This document shows positions 34,701-46,024 of a DNA stretch of 64,000 nucleotides, piece after piece. Position numbers and translations under genes: made by a program. Every line of letters starts with the position of its first letter. Position 1 is the first letter of the stretch. The DNA is from Tetramitus jugosus (Eukaryota; Protista; Heterolobosea): positions 186,001 to 250,000 of the forward strand of contig OW569351.1 of NCBI GenBank assembly GCA_937625935.1, in the 5' to 3' direction. Under the pieces are notes generated by a model that saw only the letters and a program-made list of their open reading frames with translations, had not been told where the DNA came from and did no database searches.

Positions 34701-35219
34701 CAGCCCATGTATGTGAATCCATATGCGAAGAAAAAGGAAGAAGAGGCTCTCGTCCAACCAAAGAGAAAAGTGGATTTGAAACTGAGTATAGAGGTTGGAA
34801 ATACGGAGGATGGCAATGTATTGCAGTTGGATAATTTTGATGTTGATGTCATTCGAACAACACCACCGACGTTCAATGCTGACTCAGGAACGTCTCAAAA
34901 CCTGGCTTGGACGCTGCACTGCGAACCAAAGCATGACAAAGCGTTCAAAGTATCTATTCAAATTTATCAGGATGCTCCAAATGGATCACGAGTTCAAGTT
35001 TCGTCCGAACAGCTAGCTTATGCTGGCCAACTCTCCATGAGCATCAACAATTTCAGTTCTGACTCCTCTCAACCAAGTGACAGCTCCATCGACTACAAGC
35101 ACAAAGTTCAACTCTTTTTCCTCGACACAGGCTTCTTTAACGTTTCAGTGGAATGTGTTGATGACGAGACAGAAGAACTTCTGGCCAAACCACTTCAATT
35201 TGTTGCCCGGATTCACTGA
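31721..35219 (+). CDS. TRAPPC9: TRAPP II subunit TRAPPC9/Trs120, intron 32539-32704
   Basis: IRVALCPVG, HKKVHAVIGI, KIFADYAMLSGDYLDA, LGFKRKFAFFLR, GWQRLQ, FIFSPF, VTLRNPFLFEV. Confidence 0.88.
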
Positions 35220-35356
35220 ACAACAGATTATTCTGCCCATAAATTGCAAATATTATTGTATTTATTAATTAGATCAATCCTATCTCGGAGATTCACAAGT
35301 ATTGTTTTCGTCCATTGGTTTGTTTCAAAGCTGTAATCATAATGATTTACAAAAAC

Positions 35357-36181
35357 TTAAATGAGCTTCTTCTTGATGAAAAAGTTCTTCAAATAATAGA
35401 TTTGACCAGCAGCGAATCCAACCATCAAAAACAAGGAAAACAATCCAATGTACGTTATTCTAGAGTTGGTAGATTCAGTCAATCCTCTCATTCCAGTCTC
35501 TCTATGTCTAAAATACACGTATTCACTATGGACAGACTTTACAATATCTTCCATCATTCTCAGATTGACCTCAACTGGTTTCAAGTGTTCTTTGCGCGCC
35601 AATTGCTCATAGTCAAAAGTGTCTGTTCCAGTCAACACATCAAATGATATTCTTCTGGAGAGGCCTTGATGATAAGAAGCACCTGTATACATTTATATAA
35701 ATGTTGAGTGAGTTGTTCGTTTCGAATCATCATCATCATCATCAAGGACATGTCAATTCAACCAGAGACGACTCAATCATAGATTACACATATCACATCA
35801 CACACATATCACATCACACACACATCACATCATGGACATAATAATCAACAACCACATACCTGAACTCAATCGATTAAAGAAACAGAATGAATGTTCACCA
35901 CCTTCCTTTGTCTTGAATGAAAAATCTCCACTCTTGACATTTCTGCGATCAACCAACAGATCACCCTTGTTGTCAATCACTCGGAAATCAATCTTTTGAG
36001 AGTGACCTGGACCTACATCATACTCACCATACACATCAAAATTATCAATCAATTCTTCTCTAAAGCACTTGAAATCTCTCGCTGGAAGATCAAATTGGAA
36101 TGATTGAATGGATGAGATGAATACACTACAGAGGATGAAGCTGATCAATAGTAAGACTACGAGTCTAGAATTTCTTGTCAT
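35357..36181 (-). CDS. p24/emp24/GOLD cargo receptor (TMED10-like), intron 35683-35859
   Basis: Signal peptide, KCFREE...FCF, LKPVEVNL, ESTNSRI, TM segment, YLKNFFIKKKLI. Confidence 0.92.
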
Positions 36182-36400
36182 TATCAGTTTTGTTGTTGAT
36201 TATTTGGTATGTTGTTTTCGAATTGATTTTTCTCTTCTGTTGTTGTTGGGTGACTTTTTTTTGATTATCGTGTTTTTTTGTGGGCCAACACCGCCGTTCT
36301 ATTTTTGCCTATTGGATCATGACGACAGTATGTGGTTCATTCAAGTGATTGAACAAATGAAAAGAGGAAAAATTCACACACAACAAAAGCAACACACAAG

Positions 36401-38353
36401 ATGATATCGAGAGCATTGCTCAAGAGTAGACATGCTCGTCGTTCATATCATTTAATACAAAACACTGACAATAAAACACGTTGTTGTTGTTTATGTTCAT
36501 TCATTCATCAATCCTATTCATCATCAACAACAACGACAGCACAGAACAACAATAACAACAGTCAATCACCATCATCACCATCATCAACAACAACAACATC
36601 AGACAGTAATAATAACAGCTATTCACATGACAACAATCATCACAAAAGAGTAGTAGTGCCATCATCATCATCATTACGTCCATACAAGCAACAATGGAAA
36701 CAAATTGATAGAGTGTTGATTGAACCAATGATTCAACAACAAGAACAAAAAATGAAAATGCATCAACAATCATCATCATCAAATGATACCAACAACAACA
36801 ATCATGATCAAGTAATTGTATTGCGCAACACAATTCACAAACTTTTTTACAATTTGAAACAATTTTATCAATTGATTGAATCAGTCAACACCTACAGTGA
36901 ACATCAATACAAGAAACTTGAGATGCACACTTGTTCTCTCATGTCACTCGTCCATTACAAATCATCATCCATGTCTAAATCATCATCATCATCATCATTA
37001 TCTACACAACAACAACAACAACAACAACATACAGATAATAACAATACTAATAACACTAATAATAATAATATTGATAATAATAGTTATGGTACTGTATCAA
37101 CCATCATGTATTTGATTGATGTGTGTGATGCGTTGAATCTGGTCAACATTGCACAAGAGTTGATCCAGTTCACTCACTCAACCTATCACTTACCACTCGA
37201 CTACAAGAGTTATCAAGTCATGATCTCACTGTTTGTTCGAGTGAATCGATACCATGATGCCTATCAATTCCTACAAACAATTGACAAACAACAGGGCTAT
37301 CTCACAAATTCCAAGCATCTCAAACATTTCAACTATTGTCGAGTGTATCTGCCACTGTACATGTCATTGAGTGATAAGGTGAATCAGTACAAGCATTTCA
37401 TTCGTCATCATCAGCATCAACATCACTCTACCACTACTAATACTAGTACTAATACTGCACCACCCACTCTTAAAAAGAGAAAAAGGAGCATTCATCAGAT
37501 TATGAACAACAACAACAACAACAACAACAGTAGCAATAGTGATCATTTGGATCATGAGAGCAATGATCAAAACAAGTTATCGAATCATCGGATCAATGGC
37601 CCTAGTAACGAGAATCCAGATGGTGAGACTATTGTTTCAACAACGACCGCTACTCCCAAGTCGCATCATGAACATTACAATACCAATAACAACAATCATA
37701 GTAGTAGTAGTAGTAGTAGTAGCATCAGCAATGATGATCATGAATATGTTCCATTTGGTGAATATCAATACAATAAGAAAGAGAGTGTCGCTACTCCTGT
37801 GTTGGACAAGACGTCTGGCAATGTATCCGATTCTCCAGCAGAAGCAACAGCAGAGGATAAGGCGACAGAGCAAAGACACCTACTACAGACGCAACAAAAA
37901 TATGAACTGTTGTTGAAGCATGGACCACAGTATGACACATTGTTGAGACAATTGAAACAACACATGACTGCACAAGGCATCATGAAAACAATTACGACAC
38001 TTGACATTGAAGAACGATTCAGATCGGATTATGAGAAGGCACAGTATTCGTCCACTGGTGAATACAATGCCATGGAACAGCTGTACCAGGCATCACAAGC
38101 ACTATTCAGTGAGAAGGAAATTCAGGCCATGAGTGAAGAGCTGTTTCCTTCGCTGAATGGCTCACCATCCTCGTCTGATCTCAAATGGTACGGCAAAGGT
38201 CACGGTGGTAATAACTATGGCATAGAATGGGAGGATGATGATTATCCATTCGCACTGCGGTTGCCAAACGAATACGAGGAGCCTGACTATTTGATACCGT
38301 ACAAGCAGAAGAAGAAGACAGCAGAAACAACAACGGAACCAATTGATAAATAG
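36401..38353 (+). CDS. Hypothetical, probably mitochondrial, low-complexity protein with a PPR-like helical repeat
   Basis: R-rich N-terminus (MISRALLKSRHARRSY) and SYQVMISLFVRVNRYHDAYQFLQTI, which resembles a PPR motif. Confidence 0.6.
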   Translation: MISRALLKSRHARRSYHLIQNTDNKTRCCCLCSFIHQSYSSSTTTTAQNNNNNSQSPSSPSSTTTTSDSNNNSYSHDNNHHKRVVVPSSSSLRPYKQQWKQIDRVLIEPMIQQQEQKMKMHQQSSSSNDTNNNNHDQVIVLRNTIHKLFYNLKQFYQLIESVNTYSEHQYKKLEMHTCSLMSLVHYKSSSMSKSSSSSSLSTQQQQQQQHTDNNNTNNTNNNNIDNNSYGTVSTIMYLIDVCDALNLVNIAQELIQFTHSTYHLPLDYKSYQVMISLFVRVNRYHDAYQFLQTIDKQQGYLTNSKHLKHFNYCRVYLPLYMSLSDKVNQYKHFIRHHQHQHHSTTTNTSTNTAPPTLKKRKRSIHQIMNNNNNNNNSSNSDHLDHESNDQNKLSNHRINGPSNENPDGETIVSTTTATPKSHHEHYNTNNNNHSSSSSSSSISNDDHEYVPFGEYQYNKKESVATPVLDKTSGNVSDSPAEATAEDKATEQRHLLQTQQKYELLLKHGPQYDTLLRQLKQHMTAQGIMKTITTLDIEERFRSDYEKAQYSSTGEYNAMEQLYQASQALFSEKEIQAMSEELFPSLNGSPSSSDLKWYGKGHGGNNYGIEWEDDDYPFALRLPNEYEEPDYLIPYKQKKKTAETTTEPIDK

Positions 38354-38423
38354 GAATTTGGTTTTTTAATATTTTTTCAAGTAGGGAAAAGTTAGGGTCC
38401 TCAGTGAATTTTTTAGCTGAACT

Positions 38424-41216
38424 CTAGTGCGTCTCATTCTCAATAAATTGACAATAACTGTATCCATTGTGCAAAGAGTCATCAAACAGCATGTTGTTGA
38501 ACAACTCAACTTCTTCAGGCTTAATGTCGTACTCTTCTTCCTGATTGGCTTGTTGCTTTTGTTGATGAAGAGCTTGCAACCGTGATTGAAGCATTTCATC
38601 CATGGGTAGACTTGCATTGGCATTCAAGTGTTGTTGATGACTGAGCAATGAATGATCATCAGAGTGATGACCATCAGAGTGAATTGACTGAGCCAAGGAT
38701 CCTAGAGCATCATGGCTGTTGTTGTGATTGCTCGTGGAGTGATCATGGAGGGAGGAAGGAGAAGTGGAAGAGACATTGGTGGAGTGGACATGGGCAGCAT
38801 CAGTGATATCACCACTAGAATCTACACCTGTACTCGTAGGCATCGCTCCAAAGGACATGTGATGCGAATAAATGTTGGCACTGGTGGAATCCAAGAGATA
38901 GGCATTGGTGGATGACTCTGATCCTAGGTGATCAGGCCCCTCCATGAGCATATCAGTGATGCAAGAGTGATGAACAGGTGACTCGCTCTTCATCTTCTTC
39001 CGTTCCAATCGATTGCCACTTGCACTGAGGCCACTGTTGCCTCCATTGGATGGGAATGTGGAATCACTGGTGGATGAGAGGGCTCTCTTTCTCTTTGTCA
39101 ATGGAGATTGTTCTACACTGCTGTCACTCACCCGTTCTTCATCACTGCTGTTGCTGCTATTGCCGCTATTGAGAGAAGGGGCAGTAAGAGAAGAAAAGGC
39201 ATGAGTGTGATGTTGGTGGTGTTGGTGTTGTTGTTGATGTTGTTGGTGGTAGGGTGAAGTAGGCTGCTGCATGTGATGTGTGGGCATGGATGAATGATAG
39301 AATGCATTGGTATTCACAGCAGCAGTGGATGAAGAAGAGGCAGATGGCACTGTAGTTGATTGCAGGAAAATGTTGGTGGATGGAGAGGGACGGGAGGATG
39401 AAGGAGTGTGACCAGATGGAGGATTCGAGAGGAGAATGGCAGGTGCAGCACTGGACCTTGATGGAGGAATAATGGTGAGATTGCCTAGTGAACCACCACC
39501 ACCGCCACCAATAGTTGGTAGGTGATGGTTGATTGATCCTGTGTGAACACTAGTGGTTGCGTGATGAGGGGAGGAAGTAGTAGCAGTCACAGCAGAAGTC
39601 GAGGCAACCATAGTCATCGGGGCAGCAGCATTTGATGTGTTGTTGTTGGTCAATACACAAGAGTAATAGGAACCTAGTAGGGATTGGAATCCTTCTCTCA
39701 ACTTTGAAAAGTACTTGTTGGAGAATTTTTCAACTTGTTTTGCATCCTTTGTCTTGATAAATCGGGCAATCATGTGCAAATTGTTCCTGCCATAAATCTT
39801 GACACCCTCCAAAAAGTTTCTCTTTTCTGTTTCGGTCCACTTGCCCTGTCCTCTGGTGTGCTTCTGTTTGGGTTGACCATTCGTAGTCATGGATGTTGTT
39901 GGTGTATTCGTTGTTGTGGTTGTGGATGTGGGTGTGCTGACACTCAGAGAAGCAAAGGGTGTCACTGGTGTGCGCACATCGTCTTCTTCTTCATCATCAT
40001 CGTCACTTGCTTGGTTGGGAGTGGAGAATGATGAGGAGGATGACTGTGGTGGTGGTGGTGGATACATGGATGAAAGAGTGTTACTGTTGGCAGTGAGGGG
40101 TGTAGTGAGAGCAGAACCAGGTGAAATGCACTCCAATTCCTGTTCCAACTCATCCAAGTGTCTCCTCTTCAATTCCATGACATAGTCCTTGTCATTGGAC
40201 AGAATCAAATCTCTGTGCTTTGAATTCTCCTTGAGACACAAGTCTTCAATCAAATAAAACAGCAACAGTTTCTTTTGTGATTCTCTGTGCTTGGTAGTCA
40301 TGTGCCTTCTGAGGCCATAGTGTGAGGCACAGGATGAGTCACACATGGGACATGCAAAATCACGATTCTTTGCAAACTTCTTTGAAATGACATTTGAGTA
40401 TTGACCCTTCCATCCTGCATCACTCTTGTGAACACTCTTGCAATGAGATTTGAGAGAACTGAGGTATTGATAGACTCTGTTGCACTGACCACATGAGAAT
40501 GTGTCAATGTCATGCTCATCTACACAATCCTTCTTCTTCTTCTTTTTCTTCTTATTCTTCTTATTGTCATCTTCATCAAGTGCATTGTTGTCATCTTCTT
40601 CATCAACCTCTGCATCATCTTCTTCATGGTCTGCTGTTGTTGCTTGTTCTGCTGACGTATGATGGGAATCTTCTTCTTCTTCTTCTTCACTCGACTGATT
40701 CCTTCTATTGTTGTTGTTGTTGTTGTGCATGGGAGGAGGAGACATGAGATGTTCACCATACTCTTGCATCACAGAGTAGGAAGATGGTTGATGAATGTCA
40801 TTCATGTCATCATGTGGGATCATCATGCCCATTGTATTGGAGAGTGAAGGGAGGTGATGAGAGATATGATGAGAAGACTGTTGTTGCTGTGAAGAGTGTG
40901 GATGATGATGATGATGACTGTTGTGATGGTGCGAGTGATGAATAAACGAATCTTCATCATCCATCATGACATTGCTCTCCGTATGGTGGTGGTGATGGTG
41001 TTGATGAGAAGGAGTAGAGAGATAGTGAGAAGAATGATGATTGTGATGATTGTGATGTGAATGATGATGATGATGCGAAGAAGAAGAGGATGGTTGCATC
41101 AACATCATGTGGTCATCTGTGTGATGTGGAATGCAGTCTGACATGCCATGGAATGGATGCATGTCAAGTGCATTCTCTGTTTCACAATTGGGGAAAATAA
41201 AATGATGAGGGTTCAT
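38424..41216 (-). CDS. Transcription factor with two C2H2 zinc fingers and a single Myb/SANT domain
   Basis: CGQC...HCKSVH and CPMC...HMTTKH; GKWTETEKRNFLEGVKIYGRNNLHMIARFIKTKDAKQVEKFSNKYF. Confidence 0.85.
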   Translation of the reverse strand: MNPHHFIFPNCETENALDMHPFHGMSDCIPHHTDDHMMLMQPSSSSSHHHHHSHHNHHNHHSSHYLSTPSHQHHHHHHTESNVMMDDEDSFIHHSHHHNSHHHHHPHSSQQQQSSHHISHHLPSLSNTMGMMIPHDDMNDIHQPSSYSVMQEYGEHLMSPPPMHNNNNNNRRNQSSEEEEEEDSHHTSAEQATTADHEEDDAEVDEEDDNNALDEDDNKKNKKKKKKKKDCVDEHDIDTFSCGQCNRVYQYLSSLKSHCKSVHKSDAGWKGQYSNVISKKFAKNRDFACPMCDSSCASHYGLRRHMTTKHRESQKKLLLFYLIEDLCLKENSKHRDLILSNDKDYVMELKRRHLDELEQELECISPGSALTTPLTANSNTLSSMYPPPPPQSSSSSFSTPNQASDDDDEEEDDVRTPVTPFASLSVSTPTSTTTTTNTPTTSMTTNGQPKQKHTRGQGKWTETEKRNFLEGVKIYGRNNLHMIARFIKTKDAKQVEKFSNKYFSKLREGFQSLLGSYYSCVLTNNNTSNAAAPMTMVASTSAVTATTSSPHHATTSVHTGSINHHLPTIGGGGGGSLGNLTIIPPSRSSAAPAILLSNPPSGHTPSSSRPSPSTNIFLQSTTVPSASSSSTAAVNTNAFYHSSMPTHHMQQPTSPYHQQHQQQHQHHQHHTHAFSSLTAPSLNSGNSSNSSDEERVSDSSVEQSPLTKRKRALSSTSDSTFPSNGGNSGLSASGNRLERKKMKSESPVHHSCITDMLMEGPDHLGSESSTNAYLLDSTSANIYSHHMSFGAMPTSTGVDSSGDITDAAHVHSTNVSSTSPSSLHDHSTSNHNNSHDALGSLAQSIHSDGHHSDDHSLLSHQQHLNANASLPMDEMLQSRLQALHQQKQQANQEEEYDIKPEEVELFNNMLFDDSLHNGYSYCQFIENETH

Positions 41217-41889
41217 CGTAGGTGTGCGTCTGTTGTTGTTTGTCTTGTCAGTGACAAATAGGTTATTGTTTGATGAGAGAGAGAAGCTTCAAATGTTCAA
41301 TTCGTCAACGGTTCAAACAATAATATTTCAGGGGTTGTTTCCGGTACGGTGTGAGTGTCGCGGAAAGTTCAATGGCAGAGAAAATGCGATTGGCGAATGG
41401 GAGGGTTTGTATGGCGGTGGTAGTAGTAGTGCTGGTGTGGTAGCGGTTGAGGAGAATGGGTGGTTGCTACTGTCGGTTAAAGTCTGGGAGCTTCGATAGG
41501 GATGGGTGCACCTGGTGACCAATAAAACTGGAATTCAGTGCGTCTGCGTGAGTCGTCAGTTGTTCAACTTCAAAAATTGGTATCCTCAAGAAAAAATTCA
41601 ACCAGAATGCGTTGGTTGGCTTCATTTTTTCATTGAAGCGAAAACATCCGACATCCGTCATCTTCCTTACAAAGGACAATTGGAAGATTTCGAAATGAGT
41701 GATGGAGGAGAAATATGGCGGATTATTTTTGTGTAAAATACCGACATGGCGCCAACGACTACCAAAAAAGCATGCCCGAACGCAGAAGAGATTTGTTGTG
41801 TTGTGCCGATGCGCGGGCTGAGCCATAGAACAAGCTTTCAACAACAATAGAAATCAATCACACATACACCCATCTTAATCTAGTCGATA

Positions 41890-42324
41890 ATGATACAAGG
41901 AATCAAGCACTACCTTCAGAAAAAATACTATCAATACAATGTCATGACTGTGAATCTGATGTTGGAGCCATGGGAGAGGAGTATCATGAGTATGTGTTTT
42001 GACTAGTGTGTTTGTTGTGAATGTGTGACATTTTGTGTGTGTTGTTGTTGTTTGTTGCTATTGTTGTTGTCATGTGTTCAGACAACAGTATGCACATTGT
42101 GAAACAATCCAGTTTGCCGTTATCTGGCTGTATACAATGAATCACTGACACTTTTCATCATGAAAATGATTGGCATCTCCAACTGCTTTTGCTGCACCAT
42201 GTGTTTGATTGCACAATAATTGATCTGTTCTGCAGACTCCATTATACTGATTGTCATTGGAGTGTTTGTCTATAGTATTTTGTGGTACACGTACCGAATT
42301 ATTGGAAGTGTGATCCAAACATAA
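41890..42324 (+). CDS. Serine palmitoyltransferase small subunit (ssSPT/SPTSS-like), 62 aa, intron 41990-42235; absent from the ORF track
   Basis: Spliced product MIQGIKHYLQKKYYQYNVMTVNLMLEPWERSIMNSIILIVIGVFVYSILWYTYRIIGSVIQT carries the family signature YQY...MLEPWER...N plus a TM segment. GTATGT donor, ttctgcag acceptor. Confidence 0.85.
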
Positions 42325-43148
42325 AGACTTGTTGTACGCACACTTGAATCATTTCCAATATGGATCAAATGTGAAATCTTGTTTGTTCAAACTGTTTCTA
42401 TTCTTTGTTGGAACACCCTTGAGTGGATTGGTGATTTCTTTTCCAAAGTGTGTGCACACTGCTGTTGCTTAACCACAATCACACACACTCACAGGAGATC
42501 ATCCCTTTCGGTAGCAATATCAGCTTGTTTGGTGTTCCACAGTCCAGAATGTTTGTTGGATCACACATGTGGTTGAGATTTTACACACATGTAGACCAAG
42601 TGCTGTACTACTGGTTATCTAGGCTAGAGTGCTGTCACGACTGCTCGTTATTGTCGTTCATTCAGAGTACGACATTGTGTTGTTGCTTTGTTGTTCGCTT
42701 GTTGTGTGAGGTTTTTGATTTCATTAAGTCGTGTTCGAGGTGGTGTGTAAGCTGCGAGCTTCGAGTGTGTTACCTGCTGTGTGTGGCGGGTTTTGTTTGC
42801 TCACACATTTTTCTGAGCTCACACACCTTGAAAATCCCTTGAATCTCTTCCGTCGGAACCAATACACAGCTGACCTCAAGCCACGAATCTGGTCATGTAC
42901 AACTAACTGATCATGGACAAGCTTTGGTGCATCTGAACACGGACGTGCCTTCTCAGGTTGTATGCAGGAGAGTCGAGGAAAGGAGGCGGTTCAAAGAGGA
43001 GAAATTCCATTTGTGCGCTCATTCTTCAATACTGCAGAATAACCCGGTGTGAACCAAATCAATCCACACACAAAACACACAAAACACACAAAACACACAA
43101 AACAAAAATCGAACAAGAATCATCATTATTCGTCAGTGGTACTAAAGA

Positions 43149-45218
43149 ATGAGTTCAGCATTAATGGATGATGGCAGTAGAGCCATTCAACAACAAGTAG
43201 AGATTCACTCCCACCATCACAACATTTCTCATATAGGCAGTAGTAATAGTGGTGATCATCATTTATTATTGGATGAGTACTATGAGATTGAGAAGAGTGT
43301 TGATTTAATTATTGAACATGGATTCAAGAGAGTATCTCTTCAATTCCCTGATTATTTATTGTCTGATGCCACAGCAGTCTCCTATCGCATTCAACAACTT
43401 TACTCTCAAAAGAAACAAAAACAACAACAACAACAACAACAACAACAATCATTCAATCATACTACCACAACAACAACAACAGACACAACAACAACTCAAG
43501 TGAAGCAACAACAACAACAATCACATGATGTGAGTGATATTGAAGATGTTCTTGTGGCATCTTCTACTACTACCAGTAATACTACCCCGACTATAGCAAA
43601 TCATCAAAACAATGAAAACAATGACGCCACGAACACAAATCATAATAATAGTGATGATACTACACATAATATTCATGTGTATATACTGGGTGATACATCA
43701 TATGGTAGTTGTTGTGTAGATGAAGTCAATGCACAACATGTTCACTCTGATTTCATTATTCATTATGGAAATGCATGTCTCAACATGGTGAGAAGAATAC
43801 CAGTGTTGCACGTGTTTGGTAGAGACTCTCGTATGAATGTTGAATCATGTTATGAATCATTGAATCAATACATTCAACAACATGATGATAATAATAATAA
43901 TGATAATAGTAATGATAATAGTAATACATTACAAGTCATTGTCATGTATGACTTGTTGAATGAATACTCTGTGAATCAAGTATTGAAACCATTGTGCATG
44001 GAGAGAATGAGTGAGTTGTGCAGTACGAGACGATTGACATTTGCAGAGTTGAATCAAGATGCAATCATACAAAACATGCCAAACAACAATAACAATAACA
44101 ACAATAGTACCACCAATAACAATACTGACAACGATACAAATGAAATGAACAACAATAGAGTTGTGCATGGACTTCGAATCAGTGATCGTTATTTTAAAAA
44201 GAGTTATGATGATGATGAGAATAATGATAAAGATAAGGATGACAATCATCCTCCTCATTCGACAAATCGTCACATTTTCTACATTACGAGTGACACGAGT
44301 CACATGACTAGTCTATTGATGGAGCTCAATCAGTTTACGGTTCACATTTATCACACAGAGTCCAATGGCAACAACCATGGTAGCAACAGCAACAGTCACC
44401 TGCACTCGTCATTGGCCGTTCAGAGACATCTCAAGCGCAGATATTATTTGATTCAGTTGGCAAGAGAGGCACAAGTCATTGGTATTGTTGTGGCCACTAC
44501 TTCCATCTCCAACTATCTACAAGTGTTGGCCTATTTGAAGCAATTGGTGGCACAGTCAGACAAAAAGTACTACGTGTTCTTTGTTGGTAAGCTCAACGTG
44601 CCAAAGATGGCCAACTTTGAATTGATTGATCTGTTTTGTATGATTGGATGTTCTCATGAGGCACAGAGCAGTGCACTGTTTGATCATTCGAGAGATTATT
44701 TGAAACCGATTGTGACTCCCTATGAATTGGAATTGGCACTAAAGTACAAGGAATGGAAACCAGATCAGTACACGATTGATTTCAACACAATGCTATCATC
44801 AACATCTGCTGCTGCTGCTAATGATGATGATGATGATAATGACAATGATGACACCTCCACCATTGATGATGAGAGTGGTGATCAGTACGAGTATTCATTC
44901 ATTAGTGGTACCATGAAGAGAAGGGTTCATTCTTCATCTACTGCCACCTCCACCACCAACATTCATCAATTCAATAACACGACTGATGCATTGCAGAGTG
45001 GAGGGCAGTTGATGCATTATGATGAGAGTCAAAGAGCACTCATGCAAGCTCAAATGACACCAGCCATGAATCACTTGGCTCATCGTGAATACAGAGGATT
45101 GTCCATGATTACAGAGACCTTGGATCAGGAGACTGGAGAGCCAGAGGAGTTTGCAAAACTCGAGAAGGGACGCTCAGGTATTGCTTGCGATTACACGCAC
45201 GAACATGACCAAGAATAA
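43149..45218 (+). CDS. DPH2: Diphthamide biosynthesis protein 2
   Basis: RVSLQFPDYLL, LGDTSYGSCCVDEVNAQHV, HYGNACL, VGKLNVPKMANF, PIVTPYEL, GRSGIACDY. Confidence 0.92.
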   Translation: MSSALMDDGSRAIQQQVEIHSHHHNISHIGSSNSGDHHLLLDEYYEIEKSVDLIIEHGFKRVSLQFPDYLLSDATAVSYRIQQLYSQKKQKQQQQQQQQQSFNHTTTTTTTDTTTTQVKQQQQQSHDVSDIEDVLVASSTTTSNTTPTIANHQNNENNDATNTNHNNSDDTTHNIHVYILGDTSYGSCCVDEVNAQHVHSDFIIHYGNACLNMVRRIPVLHVFGRDSRMNVESCYESLNQYIQQHDDNNNNDNSNDNSNTLQVIVMYDLLNEYSVNQVLKPLCMERMSELCSTRRLTFAELNQDAIIQNMPNNNNNNNNSTTNNNTDNDTNEMNNNRVVHGLRISDRYFKKSYDDDENNDKDKDDNHPPHSTNRHIFYITSDTSHMTSLLMELNQFTVHIYHTESNGNNHGSNSNSHLHSSLAVQRHLKRRYYLIQLAREAQVIGIVVATTSISNYLQVLAYLKQLVAQSDKKYYVFFVGKLNVPKMANFELIDLFCMIGCSHEAQSSALFDHSRDYLKPIVTPYELELALKYKEWKPDQYTIDFNTMLSSTSAAAANDDDDDNDNDDTSTIDDESGDQYEYSFISGTMKRRVHSSSTATSTTNIHQFNNTTDALQSGGQLMHYDESQRALMQAQMTPAMNHLAHREYRGLSMITETLDQETGEPEEFAKLEKGRSGIACDYTHEHDQE

Positions 45219-45339
45219 ACATGAAACAAATCTCTTCGGGGAATTGCCTACTTGATGAACGGAAGATTGAACGTCACAGATGATTGACGAACGGGAGTAC
45301 TTGACCGACGAACTGTAAGAAAGTAGCGAAGAGCAGAAG

Positions 45340-45348
45340 TATAAAAGG
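45340..45348 (+). promoter_or_regulatory. TATA-like box upstream of cofilin
   Basis: TATAAAAGG about 95 nt upstream of ATG 45435. Confidence 0.4.
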
Positions 45349-45434
45349 CCAGACAATCTGTTCGAGGTCTGGTACAAATCAACAACTCAAACACAAAGAC
45401 ATTAGTTTAACTGCAAGCTCTAAAACTTCTAAAG

Positions 45435-45866
45435 ATGACTCAGACTGGAATCCCAACTAACGACAATGCTATTACCACGTTCAGACACTGCTTCCTCAAG
45501 GGTGAACATAAATTTGTTACTTTCCTGATTAAAGATGGTTCTATTCAAGTGGAGCGCACTGGTTCTTCTCTAGAGGAGCTAGTTCTAGGCTTGCCAAGCA
45601 ATGAATGTAGATACGCAGTATACAGAGCCAACTATACCGTCCCTTCTGAAATTCAAGGAATAGCAGACAGTCAGAGAAGCAAGAGCGTCATGATATTGTG
45701 GGCTCCATCAACTGCCAATATCAGAAACAAGTTTGTCTACTCTGCTACTCGAATTCCATTTGGAAATCGGCTTGGCTTCTCTGGATTGGGTATTCAAACC
45801 AGTGATGTCAACCAGCTCTCTGAAGAAGAGATCCTGGGCAAGTGCAAGACCTTCTTCAAGCATTGA
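45435..45866 (+). CDS. ADF/cofilin family protein
   Basis: TGI..., LPSNECRYAVY, RSKSVMILWAPSTANIRNKFVYS, IQTSD. Confidence 0.85.
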   Translation: MTQTGIPTNDNAITTFRHCFLKGEHKFVTFLIKDGSIQVERTGSSLEELVLGLPSNECRYAVYRANYTVPSEIQGIADSQRSKSVMILWAPSTANIRNKFVYSATRIPFGNRLGFSGLGIQTSDVNQLSEEEILGKCKTFFKH

Positions 45867-46024
45867 GCCCATTCGAGTGAATTCTTCTGTATCCATGCAC
45901 CAAACGATCTCGGTCATGGTATAGCATGCCACCCTTTGTAAATAAAATGACTCCTGTTTTTTCAAAGATGACAACCGAATACAATTAATTTATTTACACG
46001 AGTTTGCTGTACCACCGCAATGTA

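Noticed and set aside
42078-42373. Minus-strand C/D snoRNA (ATGATGA...CTGA) and miRNA-like G-U hairpins
   Set aside because: The region is better explained as the intron and exon 2 of the plus-strand ssSPT gene. No rRNA guide was recognised.
45219-45400. Possible snoRNA or hairpin (ccagac...gtctgg) between DPH2 and cofilin
   Set aside because: Boxes are imperfect and the stem is short. It fits a TATA-containing promoter and leader better.
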